Of a stretch of 64,000 nucleotides of DNA, positions 1 to 8,854 are shown in pieces. Origin of the DNA: an uncultured Desulfarculus sp. (GTDB lineage: Bacteria > Desulfobacterota > Desulfarculia > Desulfarculales > Desulfarculaceae); assembly GCA_963665125.2 (NCBI GenBank), contig CAXXUK010000001.1:1184001-1248000 (forward strand). The letters run 5' to 3'. A program made the translations under genes and the position numbers. Each line of letters begins with the position of its first letter. Positions within the stretch are counted from its first letter, which is position 1. The notes under the pieces are model-generated. The model made no database searches. It was not told where the DNA came from and saw nothing but the letters and a program-made list of their open reading frames with translations.

Positions 1-144
1 CGCCAGCGTTACGGCAAACAATTCGAGGTGATACAAAGCGACCTCTTGCCGCAGGAGGATATCCGCGTGCTCGATTACAACGGCCACAACGTATTCTTCA
101 ACTTTACTTACCAGGAAATGGGCCCGCCCATTTTCCACGAGTAG
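1..144 (+). CDS. 3' end of a hypothetical protein truncated by the window edge
   Basis: Frame 1 is open from base 1 (RQRYGKQFEV...DIRVLDYNGHNVFFNFTYQEMGPPIFHE) to TAG at 142-144, with host-like codon usage. Confidence 0.65.
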   Translation, partial: RQRYGKQFEVIQSDLLPQEDIRVLDYNGHNVFFNFTYQEMGPPIFHE

Positions 145-163
145 GGCCGACAAGTTAGCCTGC

Positions 164-192
164 TTGACCGGGGCGGCGGGCGGTGTTAAATT
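164..192 (+). promoter_or_regulatory. sigma70-type promoter
   Basis: TTGACC (164-169), 17 bp spacer, extended TG-n-TAAATT (184-192). Confidence 0.55.
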
Positions 193-250
193 TTTTCACG
201 CCGTCGCACAGGACCGGTGGCCGGCAACCGCCGCACAACCAGATATATCT

Positions 251-287
251 GCCGCGGATGTCCAATGCGTCCGCGGCCTTTATTTTT
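251..287 (+). terminator. intrinsic terminator-like hairpin in the aminotransferase leader
   Basis: GCCGCGGATG-tccaatg-CGTCCGCGGC followed by CTTTATTTTT. Confidence 0.6.
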
Positions 288-310
288 AAGCACACGGGGA
301 GAAGATCAAA

Positions 311-1489
311 ATGCCTGTCGCAGTGAAAATCGTTGATTACATGGAACGCGCAAGCTGGATCCGGGCCATGTTTGAAGCGGGCGCAAAGCTCAAGGCCCAA
401 TATGGCGACGAGAATGTCTATGACTTTTCCCTGGGCAATCCAAACTTGGACCCGCCGGAAGACTTTTATCATGTAGTCAGACGGCTGGTTGGCCAGCCGT
501 CACCGGGAGACCACTCCTACATGCCCAACAGCGGCTTTATGCCGGTGCGCCAGAAAGTGGCTGACTACCTGAGCAGAATCCATGAAGTTCCGCTGAGTTC
601 CGACTCCATCATCATGACCGTCGGCGCGGCGGGTGGTCTGAATATCGCATTGAAGACTATCCTCAACCCCCAAGACGAGGTTGTGGTCCCTGCCCCGCTG
701 TTCATGGAATACAATTTCTACGTTGAGAATCACGGCGGCAAGATGATCATCGTGCCCACCAATGAAGATTTCAGCCTGAATATCGATGCCATGGCCGAGG
801 CGATCACCCCCAAGACCGCGGCCGTGCTTATCAACAACCCCAACAACCCAACCGGCGCGGTGTACAGCCAACAACAGATAGATGATCTGGCTTCCATGCT
901 CACAGCCAAGAGCAGCGAGATCGGCAGGCAGATTTACCTGATAAGCGATGAGCCCTACCGCCAGATAGTCTACGATGGGCTTCATGTGCCCAGCACCTTG
1001 AAGGCCTACCCCCACAGCATACTGGCCACATCATTCTCCAAAAACCTGAGCCTGCCCGGCGAACGCATCGGCTACGTGGCCGTGGGCAAGGGCGCCGATG
1101 ACCACGACCGTCTCATCGGCGGCATGACCCTGGCCAACCGCATTCTGGGCTTTGTCAATGCGCCTGGCCTGCAACAGCGCATCGTGGCCGAACTTCTGGA
1201 TCATAGCGCCGACATCTCCCAATACGCCAAAAAGCGCGAGATGATCTGCAAAGTGCTGGATGACGCTGGATTTGACTTCATCAAGCCCGGCGGCACGTTC
1301 TATGTCTATCCCAAGAGCCCCATCGCCGATGATGTGGCCTTTGTCAAGGCGGCCCAGGAGGAAAACCTGCTGCTGGTACCCGGCGCCGGTTTTGCCGGAC
1401 CGGGGCACTTCCGCATCGCCTTCTGCTGCTCCGATGAAACCATAGAGCGCTCGGCAAACGCCTTTAAAAAGGTCCGCAGCCGCTTTTAG
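311..1489 (+). CDS. PLP-dependent class I/II aminotransferase (aspartate aminotransferase-like)
   Basis: DFSLGNP, NNPNNPTG, SDEPY and SFSKNLSLPGERIG (PLP lysine) motifs; RBS GGGGAG. Confidence 0.9.
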   Translation: MPVAVKIVDYMERASWIRAMFEAGAKLKAQYGDENVYDFSLGNPNLDPPEDFYHVVRRLVGQPSPGDHSYMPNSGFMPVRQKVADYLSRIHEVPLSSDSIIMTVGAAGGLNIALKTILNPQDEVVVPAPLFMEYNFYVENHGGKMIIVPTNEDFSLNIDAMAEAITPKTAAVLINNPNNPTGAVYSQQQIDDLASMLTAKSSEIGRQIYLISDEPYRQIVYDGLHVPSTLKAYPHSILATSFSKNLSLPGERIGYVAVGKGADDHDRLIGGMTLANRILGFVNAPGLQQRIVAELLDHSADISQYAKKREMICKVLDDAGFDFIKPGGTFYVYPKSPIADDVAFVKAAQEENLLLVPGAGFAGPGHFRIAFCCSDETIERSANAFKKVRSRF

Positions 1490-1491
1490 TC

Positions 1492-2784
1492 ATGAAGCAG
1501 AGGCGATTCAGCCTGACCAGTCTCGGCTGCCGGGTCAACCAGGCCGAGGCTGACTACTTGGGCAGACAACTTGAAAACATGGGCTGGTTGCGTGTCGAGC
1601 GCGGCCAGCCCGTTGATTTCTCGCTGTTGATGACCTGCGCGGTCACTTCATCCGCGGCGCGTCAGTCCCGGCAGATGGCTCGCCGCCTTGCCAAACAGGC
1701 CGATTCTGGGATCGTGCTTGTCACCGGCTGCGGCGTGGAGGCCGAGGCCCGGGCCTACCTCGATGACGGCCACAAGGTCCTGGGCCGGGGGCAATTGTCT
1801 AGCCTGGCCGATTTGCTAGGCAGCGACCGCCTGCCCGAGGGTCCGCCCTCCATCGGGCCGGATGGCGGCCAATTCTGCCCCGGCGTGCTTGCTCCGGGCA
1901 ATGCCCGCAGCCGGGCAATGCTCAAGGTCCAGGACGGATGCAACGCCAACTGCGCCTACTGCATCGTGCCTTCCACCAGGGGTGGACCCCGCAGCCTGCC
2001 GCACGAACAAGCCGTGCGATACTGGCGCGAACTGGCCCAGACCGGGGCCAATGAGATCGTGCTTACCGGTATTCACCTAGGCCGCTGGGGTTGGGATTTC
2101 GACCCGGCCGGACGTTTGGAAGACCTCGCCCAAGCTCTGCTGGCCGCCGATGAACGGCCGCGTTTGCGCCTGAGCTCCCTGGAATCCCATGAAGTCACGC
2201 CGGGCCTTGTACGTTTGGCGGCCACCCACGACAGGGTCTGCCGCCACTTTCACCTGCCCCTGCAATCGGGCAGCGACAAGGTCCTGGCGGCCATGGGCAG
2301 GCCCTACACCTCCGGGCAATACCGCCGGGTGGTGGAGGACATCGCCAAAGCCATACCCGGTGTGTGCATCGGGGCCGACGTGCTGGTGGGCCTGCCAGGC
2401 GAAGACGAGGAAGCATTCGAACAAACGCGCTCGCTCATCCGGGAGCTTCCAATATCATATCTGCACGTGTTTCCCTACTCGCCCCGGCCGGGCACCAGGG
2501 CCTACACCATGCCCGAACGACCGTCCGGGCAGCAGGTAAACGAACGCTGTGCCATGTTGCGGGAATTGGGCGCGGAAAGAAAACTCCGGTTCCTGCAAAA
2601 CCTGGTCGGCAAGACCCTGGAGGTTGTTGTGGAAGGCAGATCCATGGGCCGCAGTTCGGAATACGCCCTGGTCAAGCTGGCCCAGAAGTTGCCCCGGGGA
2701 GAGACGTTCCAGGTCGAAGCAACCGGTTGCCGGACAGACGGCTCCGAGCCGTGCCTTGTGGGCCGCGTTTTAACGGACGCTTAA
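1492..2784 (+). CDS. mtaB: tRNA t6A37 methylthiotransferase (MiaB/RimO/MtaB radical SAM family)
   Basis: LGCRVNQAE, TCAVT and TGC (UPF0004 cysteines), KVQDGCNANCAYC, HVFPYSPRPGT, C-terminal TRAM-like region. Confidence 0.85.
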   Translation: MKQRRFSLTSLGCRVNQAEADYLGRQLENMGWLRVERGQPVDFSLLMTCAVTSSAARQSRQMARRLAKQADSGIVLVTGCGVEAEARAYLDDGHKVLGRGQLSSLADLLGSDRLPEGPPSIGPDGGQFCPGVLAPGNARSRAMLKVQDGCNANCAYCIVPSTRGGPRSLPHEQAVRYWRELAQTGANEIVLTGIHLGRWGWDFDPAGRLEDLAQALLAADERPRLRLSSLESHEVTPGLVRLAATHDRVCRHFHLPLQSGSDKVLAAMGRPYTSGQYRRVVEDIAKAIPGVCIGADVLVGLPGEDEEAFEQTRSLIRELPISYLHVFPYSPRPGTRAYTMPERPSGQQVNERCAMLRELGAERKLRFLQNLVGKTLEVVVEGRSMGRSSEYALVKLAQKLPRGETFQVEATGCRTDGSEPCLVGRVLTDA

Positions 2785-2837
2785 AGCAATCTTTGACTAG
2801 CGGCCCGATTATTGGGTAAGTTTAGGCAAAACCGCCC

Positions 2838-4628
2838 ATGAGGATGTGGAACTTGGCCAATGTCACCGGTTTCAGTAGAGCTTGCCTTGCGCTGTCCATG
2901 CTGGCAGCCTTGCTGTTCTTGTTTCCGGCGCCGGTCCAGGCCCAACAAGAGCCCTCGCGTTTGAAAACCATTGACCTTGAGGTCAACGGCGGCACCATCC
3001 GGATCAACGCCGGCAGCGCCCTGGCGCTAAATCCGGACCTTCTCTTCCGGGTCGTCAGGGCCAGCACGGACGACTGGCTGGACATCGGCCTGGAATACCG
3101 GTTGAAATCCCATCCTGCCTATGACCTGCGGCGCCCTCATACCTTAAGGGAAATCCTGGGCGACAAGATTTTCGACATCGGCCAGATGGAGTTGCAGGTC
3201 TTCAAGAATGCCGTTCAGGTCGGCGAGATCAGCCTGCTTGTCTCTCCGTCTTCCCTGGATTGGCTGCGCCGTGCCGGTGAGGTAGAGGACCCGGCCGACA
3301 AGATCCGCTATATGAAAAAAGTCGCCGAGCTCAATCCCGGCGATGAACTGGTTTGGCAGACCCTTTTGGATATGCTGATCACCGCCGGAAAGTATAACGA
3401 TGCGGCGGATATGGTTTCCGCCCGGCTGGCCGATCAGGATGACCCCAGATTGCAGCGGCTTTTGGCCGAGTTGTATCTCAAACAGGACAAGATCGAACAG
3501 GCCGCCGCGGTGCTGAGCAAACTGCGTCCCGACTTCCCCGAGGACGAGGAACTGCTTACCTCTCTGGCCGCCATTTACAGTCAGCTGCGCCGCTGGCCCG
3601 AGGCCATAGGTGTTCTGGAGCAGTTGGCAGCCCTGCAAAAAGGTTCGCAAAAAGCCCATACCTTTATGCAACTGGCCGCCATATATGAAACGTCCGGCAA
3701 AAGCGAAAAGGCCCTGACATATCTGGAACAGGCCGCCCCGCTGTTGCCCTCCGACCCGGAACTGCAACTAAAACTGGCCTACTCCCTGGAAAAGGCGGGC
3801 AACAAACAAGGCAGCCTCGCCGCCCTGGAAAATGCGGCAAGGCTCCGTCCGGAGGACATGCCCCTGCAACAGCGCCTGGCCAGGGCTTACCTGGATTCGG
3901 GCGATGATGAAGCCGCCTTGGCCCATTTCCAGCGGCTGTCCGAGCTTACCCCCCAAGACACGGCCATTCTGTTGGCCCTGGCCCGGCTGTACCAAAAACG
4001 CGAGGACCACAAGGCCCTGGCCGAGGTGTACGGCAAACTGGCCCAGCTACGGCCAGGAGACCCGGACATCGGCTACAACCTTGCCGTTATCCTGCTTGAG
4101 ATCAACCAATATCAAAAGGCACTGGATGCATTGACGCCGGCCGTGGCCGCCAAGCCCGATGATCTGGAAATCATGGAACTGCTGTATGAGGCCCAGGTTG
4201 GCCTGAAGCGTTATAAGGATGCCGCAGACACGGCGGAAAAGATGTTTGAGGCCGGCGACGCCCAAAAGGTCGCCGGGATTGTCTACCCCGCCCTTTCCCA
4301 ACACCAGCCGGAAAAGCTGGCCGATCTATTGGAAAACGCCCAGGCCAAAGCTACCGGGAATGCATTTTTACACGAAATGCGCGCCGCATTGGCCCTCGAA
4401 CAAGGCGATCCGGACAAGGCCATCGAAGTCCTGCGTGCTTCCTGTAAGGCTCGTCCCGACGACATGGCCCAGGCCCTACGTCTGGCCCAGCTTCTGGAAG
4501 CCCAGGAACAGGACCGGGAAGCCCTGGAACTATACGGCAAAATCCTGGACAAATGCGGCGAATGCCCTGAGGTGGAAGATGCCTACATGAACCTGCGGAC
4601 CAGGCTGCTGAAAAGCGGCAAACCCTAG
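2838..4628 (+). CDS. exported tetratricopeptide-repeat protein
   Basis: Signal peptide ending AxA (PVQA/QQ) and many TPR-like helix pairs (LAxxY...A...L.P.D). Confidence 0.8.
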   Translation: MRMWNLANVTGFSRACLALSMLAALLFLFPAPVQAQQEPSRLKTIDLEVNGGTIRINAGSALALNPDLLFRVVRASTDDWLDIGLEYRLKSHPAYDLRRPHTLREILGDKIFDIGQMELQVFKNAVQVGEISLLVSPSSLDWLRRAGEVEDPADKIRYMKKVAELNPGDELVWQTLLDMLITAGKYNDAADMVSARLADQDDPRLQRLLAELYLKQDKIEQAAAVLSKLRPDFPEDEELLTSLAAIYSQLRRWPEAIGVLEQLAALQKGSQKAHTFMQLAAIYETSGKSEKALTYLEQAAPLLPSDPELQLKLAYSLEKAGNKQGSLAALENAARLRPEDMPLQQRLARAYLDSGDDEAALAHFQRLSELTPQDTAILLALARLYQKREDHKALAEVYGKLAQLRPGDPDIGYNLAVILLEINQYQKALDALTPAVAAKPDDLEIMELLYEAQVGLKRYKDAADTAEKMFEAGDAQKVAGIVYPALSQHQPEKLADLLENAQAKATGNAFLHEMRAALALEQGDPDKAIEVLRASCKARPDDMAQALRLAQLLEAQEQDREALELYGKILDKCGECPEVEDAYMNLRTRLLKSGKP

Positions 4629-4636
4629 GAGGTGCA

Positions 4637-5029
4637 ATGAGAATCGGCCTGGAAAGCCTGTTGTTAATGCAACTGGCCTACTGCGTCGTCGGCGTGGCCT
4701 ATAATGTACTCAGTTATTTTGTCGTTGCCCAGGGCGGCGCCCAGCTGTCGACCACCCCGCCGGTTCTGGGCGGCATCGCCATGTTTACCTATGGCCTGTT
4801 TCTGATTCCCGGTTTTGTGGGCAAGTTCAACATCTACAGAATCCTGATGGGTATTTCGATTCTGTTTTACGGTTTCGGCGGCATCTACAAGCACCTTTCG
4901 CTATACTTCGCAACCGGACTGGAGGGCTACCACTCGTTTTTGTCCTGGCTCCTGGCCTGGACCATCAACGTTTTCGGCCTGGTTCTCAACGTCATCGCCG
5001 CGGCGGGACTGTACAAAAAACAGGATTAG
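4637..5029 (+). CDS. hypothetical small integral membrane protein (~4 TM)
   Basis: Strong RBS AGGAGG and four hydrophobic segments. Confidence 0.75.
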   Translation: MRIGLESLLLMQLAYCVVGVAYNVLSYFVVAQGGAQLSTTPPVLGGIAMFTYGLFLIPGFVGKFNIYRILMGISILFYGFGGIYKHLSLYFATGLEGYHSFLSWLLAWTINVFGLVLNVIAAAGLYKKQD

Positions 5030-5113
5030 CCGTCTAAAAAACGAAATACACTGCCCAACGCCAGCCAAGATGACGATATTGCGCCTTTCCAAGGGATTAA
5101 CCTTTGGCGCTGC

Positions 5114-5208
5114 TTGACAAAAGGCCGGGTCAGTGGTACCTAAGCCAATCTGACCATACTCCTTTCTCCGGCATGGGGCCGGGGACGTAAAGCCCAAGAG
5201 GAGGAACT
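5114..5208 (+). promoter_or_regulatory. rpsF promoter and probable S6:S18 autoregulatory leader
   Basis: TTGACA at 5114. Leader CTCCT can pair with the SD AGGAG and encloses a GCCG motif and a GGG..CCC hairpin, as in S6:S18 leaders. Confidence 0.5.
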
Positions 5209-5643
5209 ATGAGGCATTACGAAACGATATTCATCGTTCATCCGGAGTTGCCCGAAGACGACACCAACGCCGTCATCGAGAAATTCCAAGGCATTCTGGA
5301 AGACGGTGGCGCATTCATGTCCAAAGTGGACCTGTGGGGCCGCCGCCGCTTGGCTTACCCCGTTAAAAAGCAAACCAAGGGTTTCTACGTACTGTTTGAG
5401 TACGGTTCGGAGCCCGCCGCCGTCGACGAGATGGAGCGCATTTTCAAGATCGATGAAAATGTCATCCGCTTCCTCACGGTGAAGCTCGACGATGTCTTCG
5501 ACATCGAGGCCGCCAAGGTCGAAAAGGCCGCCCGCGCAGATGCCCCCCCCACCCCGCCGAGGGCTGACGAGGACGCTGAAGACGACTACGATGTACACGC
5601 CGATTCCGACGATGACTATTCCGACGAAGACGACGAAAGCTAG
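5209..5643 (+). CDS. rpsF: 30S ribosomal protein S6
   Basis: MRHYETIFIVHP, WGRRRLAYPVKK, ENVIRF; acidic C-terminal tail. Confidence 0.97.
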   Translation: MRHYETIFIVHPELPEDDTNAVIEKFQGILEDGGAFMSKVDLWGRRRLAYPVKKQTKGFYVLFEYGSEPAAVDEMERIFKIDENVIRFLTVKLDDVFDIEAAKVEKAARADAPPTPPRADEDAEDDYDVHADSDDDYSDEDDES

Positions 5644-5661
5644 GCCGCGGGAGGGCATGAA

Positions 5662-5898
5662 ATGATTTCCAGGAAAAGAAGATTCGGTCGCCGCAAGGTC
5701 TGCCGTTTTTGCGCAGATTCGACCTTGAAGATCGACTATAAGGATCCCCGCAACCTGCGGTATTTCACCACTGAACGCGGCAAGATTATTCCCAGGCGCA
5801 TCAGCGGTTGCTGCGCCAAGCACCAGCGCGAGTTGACTTTGGCCATCAAGCGGGCGCGTCATATCGCCCTGCTGCCTTTCGGCTCGTCGTATATGTAG
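5662..5898 (+). CDS. rpsR: 30S ribosomal protein S18 (Zn-binding form)
   Basis: [30 protein letters not shown]. Confidence 0.97.
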   Translation: MISRKRRFGRRKVCRFCADSTLKIDYKDPRNLRYFTTERGKIIPRRISGCCAKHQRELTLAIKRARHIALLPFGSSYM

Positions 5899-5911
5899 GC
5901 GGCGAAGCACC

Positions 5912-6865
5912 GTGTCAAGGCCTCCGGCCGTACGGTTGCCATTCACGGCGGGCTGCGCCGTTGGTTCGGCCCTGTTGGGCATAGCGCCGCTGGCCCTGGG
6001 CGTCATTGGCTCGGTGCTCAGTCTGCTCAGCCCTGCTCCGGTACTATTGGCATACGCCAAATACGGCAGCAGGCAAGGTAGGCTTACCGCTGCCGGGGCT
6101 TTGCTCCTGGCGGCTTTGGCCACGGGTTTCGATCCACCCGGGCTTTTGTTCTATGCCGCCATGAGCCTGCCTCTAGCGGTTGCCGCAGGCGAACTGCTGC
6201 GGGCGGGACACGGGGCTCCAAGGGCCATTGCCGGTGGCACTCTGCTGGCGGTTGTGATCATGGCCGTGACCATGGCCATAGGCACCGGCGGCGATCTCGA
6301 GGGCCTCGAGCAGATCTGGCAGAGGCAATGGTCTCAGGTGGAAGCCACCATAGGCCATGCCGCAGATCAGAGCGAGGATATAAGCCCCGAGCAAAGATAT
6401 GAGCTGTCGGAGCAGCTTCGCGCAATCGGCGGGATTTTGTACCACACCACGCCGGGTATAATCTTCGGATTCTGCCTTTTAGTGACTTGGGGCAATGTCC
6501 TGCTGATAAGGCAAATAGCCGCCAGGCAGACCGGCCAAAAGCCCCAACGGTTGGCCGATTGGCAGACGCCGTTCCACATGATCTGGTTTTTGGCGGCAGC
6601 CTTGGCCGTGGCCGCCTTTGGCGATGGCTGGCTCTTTTGGCTGGGCGTCAATATGGTCATCGCCTTATGCATGATCTACTTTCTGCAGGGCATGGGCTTT
6701 TTGACGCACTTTATGAAAAAGCACAGCGTCCCGATGTGGTTCAGAGTCTGTGTCTACATAATGGTCTTTGTTGCCTCGCAGACCTCGCTGATTTTACTTG
6801 CGATAGCGGGTCTGTTTGATACATGTTTTAATCTCAGACGGTTTGCCGTCGGCAGGCCGGGCTGA
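5912..6865 (+). CDS. yybS: YybS/DUF2232 family membrane protein
   Basis: Polytopic membrane protein with YFLQG and GLFD..NLRR, in the usual rpsR-yybS-rplI position; GTG start. Confidence 0.8.
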   Translation: MSRPPAVRLPFTAGCAVGSALLGIAPLALGVIGSVLSLLSPAPVLLAYAKYGSRQGRLTAAGALLLAALATGFDPPGLLFYAAMSLPLAVAAGELLRAGHGAPRAIAGGTLLAVVIMAVTMAIGTGGDLEGLEQIWQRQWSQVEATIGHAADQSEDISPEQRYELSEQLRAIGGILYHTTPGIIFGFCLLVTWGNVLLIRQIAARQTGQKPQRLADWQTPFHMIWFLAAALAVAAFGDGWLFWLGVNMVIALCMIYFLQGMGFLTHFMKKHSVPMWFRVCVYIMVFVASQTSLILLAIAGLFDTCFNLRRFAVGRPG

Positions 6866-6887
6866 TTGTAATTCGGAGGAAATACCA

Positions 6888-7442
6888 ATGCAGGTCATCC
6901 TCACTAAAGAAGTTCTGGGTCTTGGCGACCCGGGCGAGACAGTGACCGTAAAAAACGGCTATGCCCGTAACTACCTCATTCCCAAGGGGTTTGCGCTTCA
7001 GGCGACCAAGAAGAACATGGTTCTCCTGGAGTCCGAGCGCAAGCGTCTGGAAACCCAACAGGCCAAGGAAGCCGAGACTGTCCGGGCCGAAGCCGCGGGT
7101 ATCAACGGCGCCAAGGTGACCATCGCCGTGCGGGCCGGTGAAACCGGCAAGCTCTACGGCTCGGTGGCCACCAAGGACATCGCCGCCGCCCTGGCTGAGT
7201 TGGGTCATGACGTGGACCGCCGCCGGATCATGCTCGACACCGCCATCAAGGACCTTGGCGAGTACCCGGTGAAGATCAAGCTGCACCCCCAGGTGTTCGT
7301 AGAGATCGCCGTTGTGGTTGAAGGCATAATCGAAAAGTCTGAAGTTCAAATTGCCGAGGCAGCCCCCGCCGCCGAGGTTGCCGAAGCGGACGAGGCAGCC
7401 GAGGAAGCCGGTGAGGCCGAGGAAGAGCTCGACGAGGAGTAG
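6888..7442 (+). CDS. rplI: 50S ribosomal protein L9
   Basis: MQVIL...LG..G..V.VKNGYARNYLIP and GKLYGSV; RBS GGAGG before ATG 6888. Confidence 0.97.
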   Translation: MQVILTKEVLGLGDPGETVTVKNGYARNYLIPKGFALQATKKNMVLLESERKRLETQQAKEAETVRAEAAGINGAKVTIAVRAGETGKLYGSVATKDIAAALAELGHDVDRRRIMLDTAIKDLGEYPVKIKLHPQVFVEIAVVVEGIIEKSEVQIAEAAPAAEVAEADEAAEEAGEAEEELDEE

Positions 7443-7445
7443 GAT

Positions 7446-8843
7446 TTGGCTGGCCCTGGCCGTGTGCCGCCCCATGACATGGAAGCCGAGCAAGGCGTCC
7501 TGGGTGGCGTATTGGCCCACGGTGAAGACGTATTGGCCACAATTGCGGCCAGTCTGGGCAGGGGAGCCTTTTACGACAGGCGTCACGGCCTTATCTATGA
7601 GGCCATGCTCAAGCTCTATGACAAGGGCCAGCCTGTCGATCTTATTACCACGACCAGCCGACTAAGAGATGACGGCCAACTCGACCAGGTGGGCGGTGCA
7701 GCCTACCTGACCGAGTTGGCTGATGTTGTTTTGTCTCCGGCCCACATCGACCACTACGCCTCGCTGATCCGCGACAAGGCCATGCTGCGCGGTTTTATCG
7801 GCGCGGCCTCCCAGGGCATCGAGGAGGCCTATGCCAACCAGGGCGACCCGGACATGGCCCTGGAGGCCGCGGAAAAGGCCATTTTCCAGGCCACCCAGGA
7901 ACGCCTGACCAGCAGCATGCAATCCATGCGCGACGTGGTCACTTCGGCCCTGGCCGTATTGCAGGCCCGCTTTCAAAACAAGGGCCAGGTCCTGGGCGTG
8001 ACCACCGGCTTCAAAATGCTCGATCAGCTCACCACCGGCCTGCAACCAGGCGACCTGATTATCATCGCCGGACGTCCGTCCATGGGCAAGACAGCCTTCG
8101 CCCTGAACATCGCGGCCAACGCATCCATCCGCGGCGGCGTGCCCACGGCGGTGTTCAGCCTTGAAATGAGCGCCGAGCAGCTTGGCTTGCGCCTGCTGGC
8201 CAGCGAGGCCCGGGTTTCGGGCTCCAAGATCCGCAGCGGTTTTCTGAGCCAAAACAAGGACTGGCCTTGCCTGACCGAGGCCGCCGACGTTCTGTCACAG
8301 GCCCCGATCTTCATCGACGACACGCCGGCCATCACCGTTTTGGAGATGCGCTCCAAGGCCCGCCGCCTGCGTAGTGAGCACAATCTCGGCTTTATCGTCG
8401 TGGACTACTTGCAGCTCATGCGCGGCCGCACCGGCACGGACAGCCGGGAGCAAGAAATCAGCGACATCTCCCGGTCCCTCAAGGCCCTGGCCAAGGAGCT
8501 GAACGTGCCCGTTGTGGCCCTGAGCCAGCTCAACCGCAAGGTGGAGGAGCGCCCCAACAAGCGCCCCATCCTATCGGACCTGCGCGAATCCGGGGCCATT
8601 GAGCAGGACGCCGACGTCATCGCTTTTATCTACCGCGAAAAAGTCTACCGTCAAAAGGCCCAAAAAGAAGAAGGCGTGGATGAAGACCTGCCACCCATGC
8701 CCGACGACAACATCGCTGAAATAATCATCGGCAAGCAGCGTAACGGCCCCACCGGCACGGTCAAACTGGTGTTCCTGGACGACCTGACCAAGTTCGAAGA
8801 CATGGCCTTTGACAACATGGGCTATGACGAAATGGCCCAGTAG
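7446..8843 (+). CDS. dnaB: replicative DNA helicase
   Basis: PPHDMEAEQ, GRPSMGKT (Walker A), VDYLQL, LSQLNR, DLRESGAIEQDAD, KQRNGPTG; TTG start; no intein. Confidence 0.97.
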   Translation: MAGPGRVPPHDMEAEQGVLGGVLAHGEDVLATIAASLGRGAFYDRRHGLIYEAMLKLYDKGQPVDLITTTSRLRDDGQLDQVGGAAYLTELADVVLSPAHIDHYASLIRDKAMLRGFIGAASQGIEEAYANQGDPDMALEAAEKAIFQATQERLTSSMQSMRDVVTSALAVLQARFQNKGQVLGVTTGFKMLDQLTTGLQPGDLIIIAGRPSMGKTAFALNIAANASIRGGVPTAVFSLEMSAEQLGLRLLASEARVSGSKIRSGFLSQNKDWPCLTEAADVLSQAPIFIDDTPAITVLEMRSKARRLRSEHNLGFIVVDYLQLMRGRTGTDSREQEISDISRSLKALAKELNVPVVALSQLNRKVEERPNKRPILSDLRESGAIEQDADVIAFIYREKVYRQKAQKEEGVDEDLPPMPDDNIAEIIIGKQRNGPTGTVKLVFLDDLTKFEDMAFDNMGYDEMAQ

Positions 8844-8854
8844 GAGCGCCAAAC

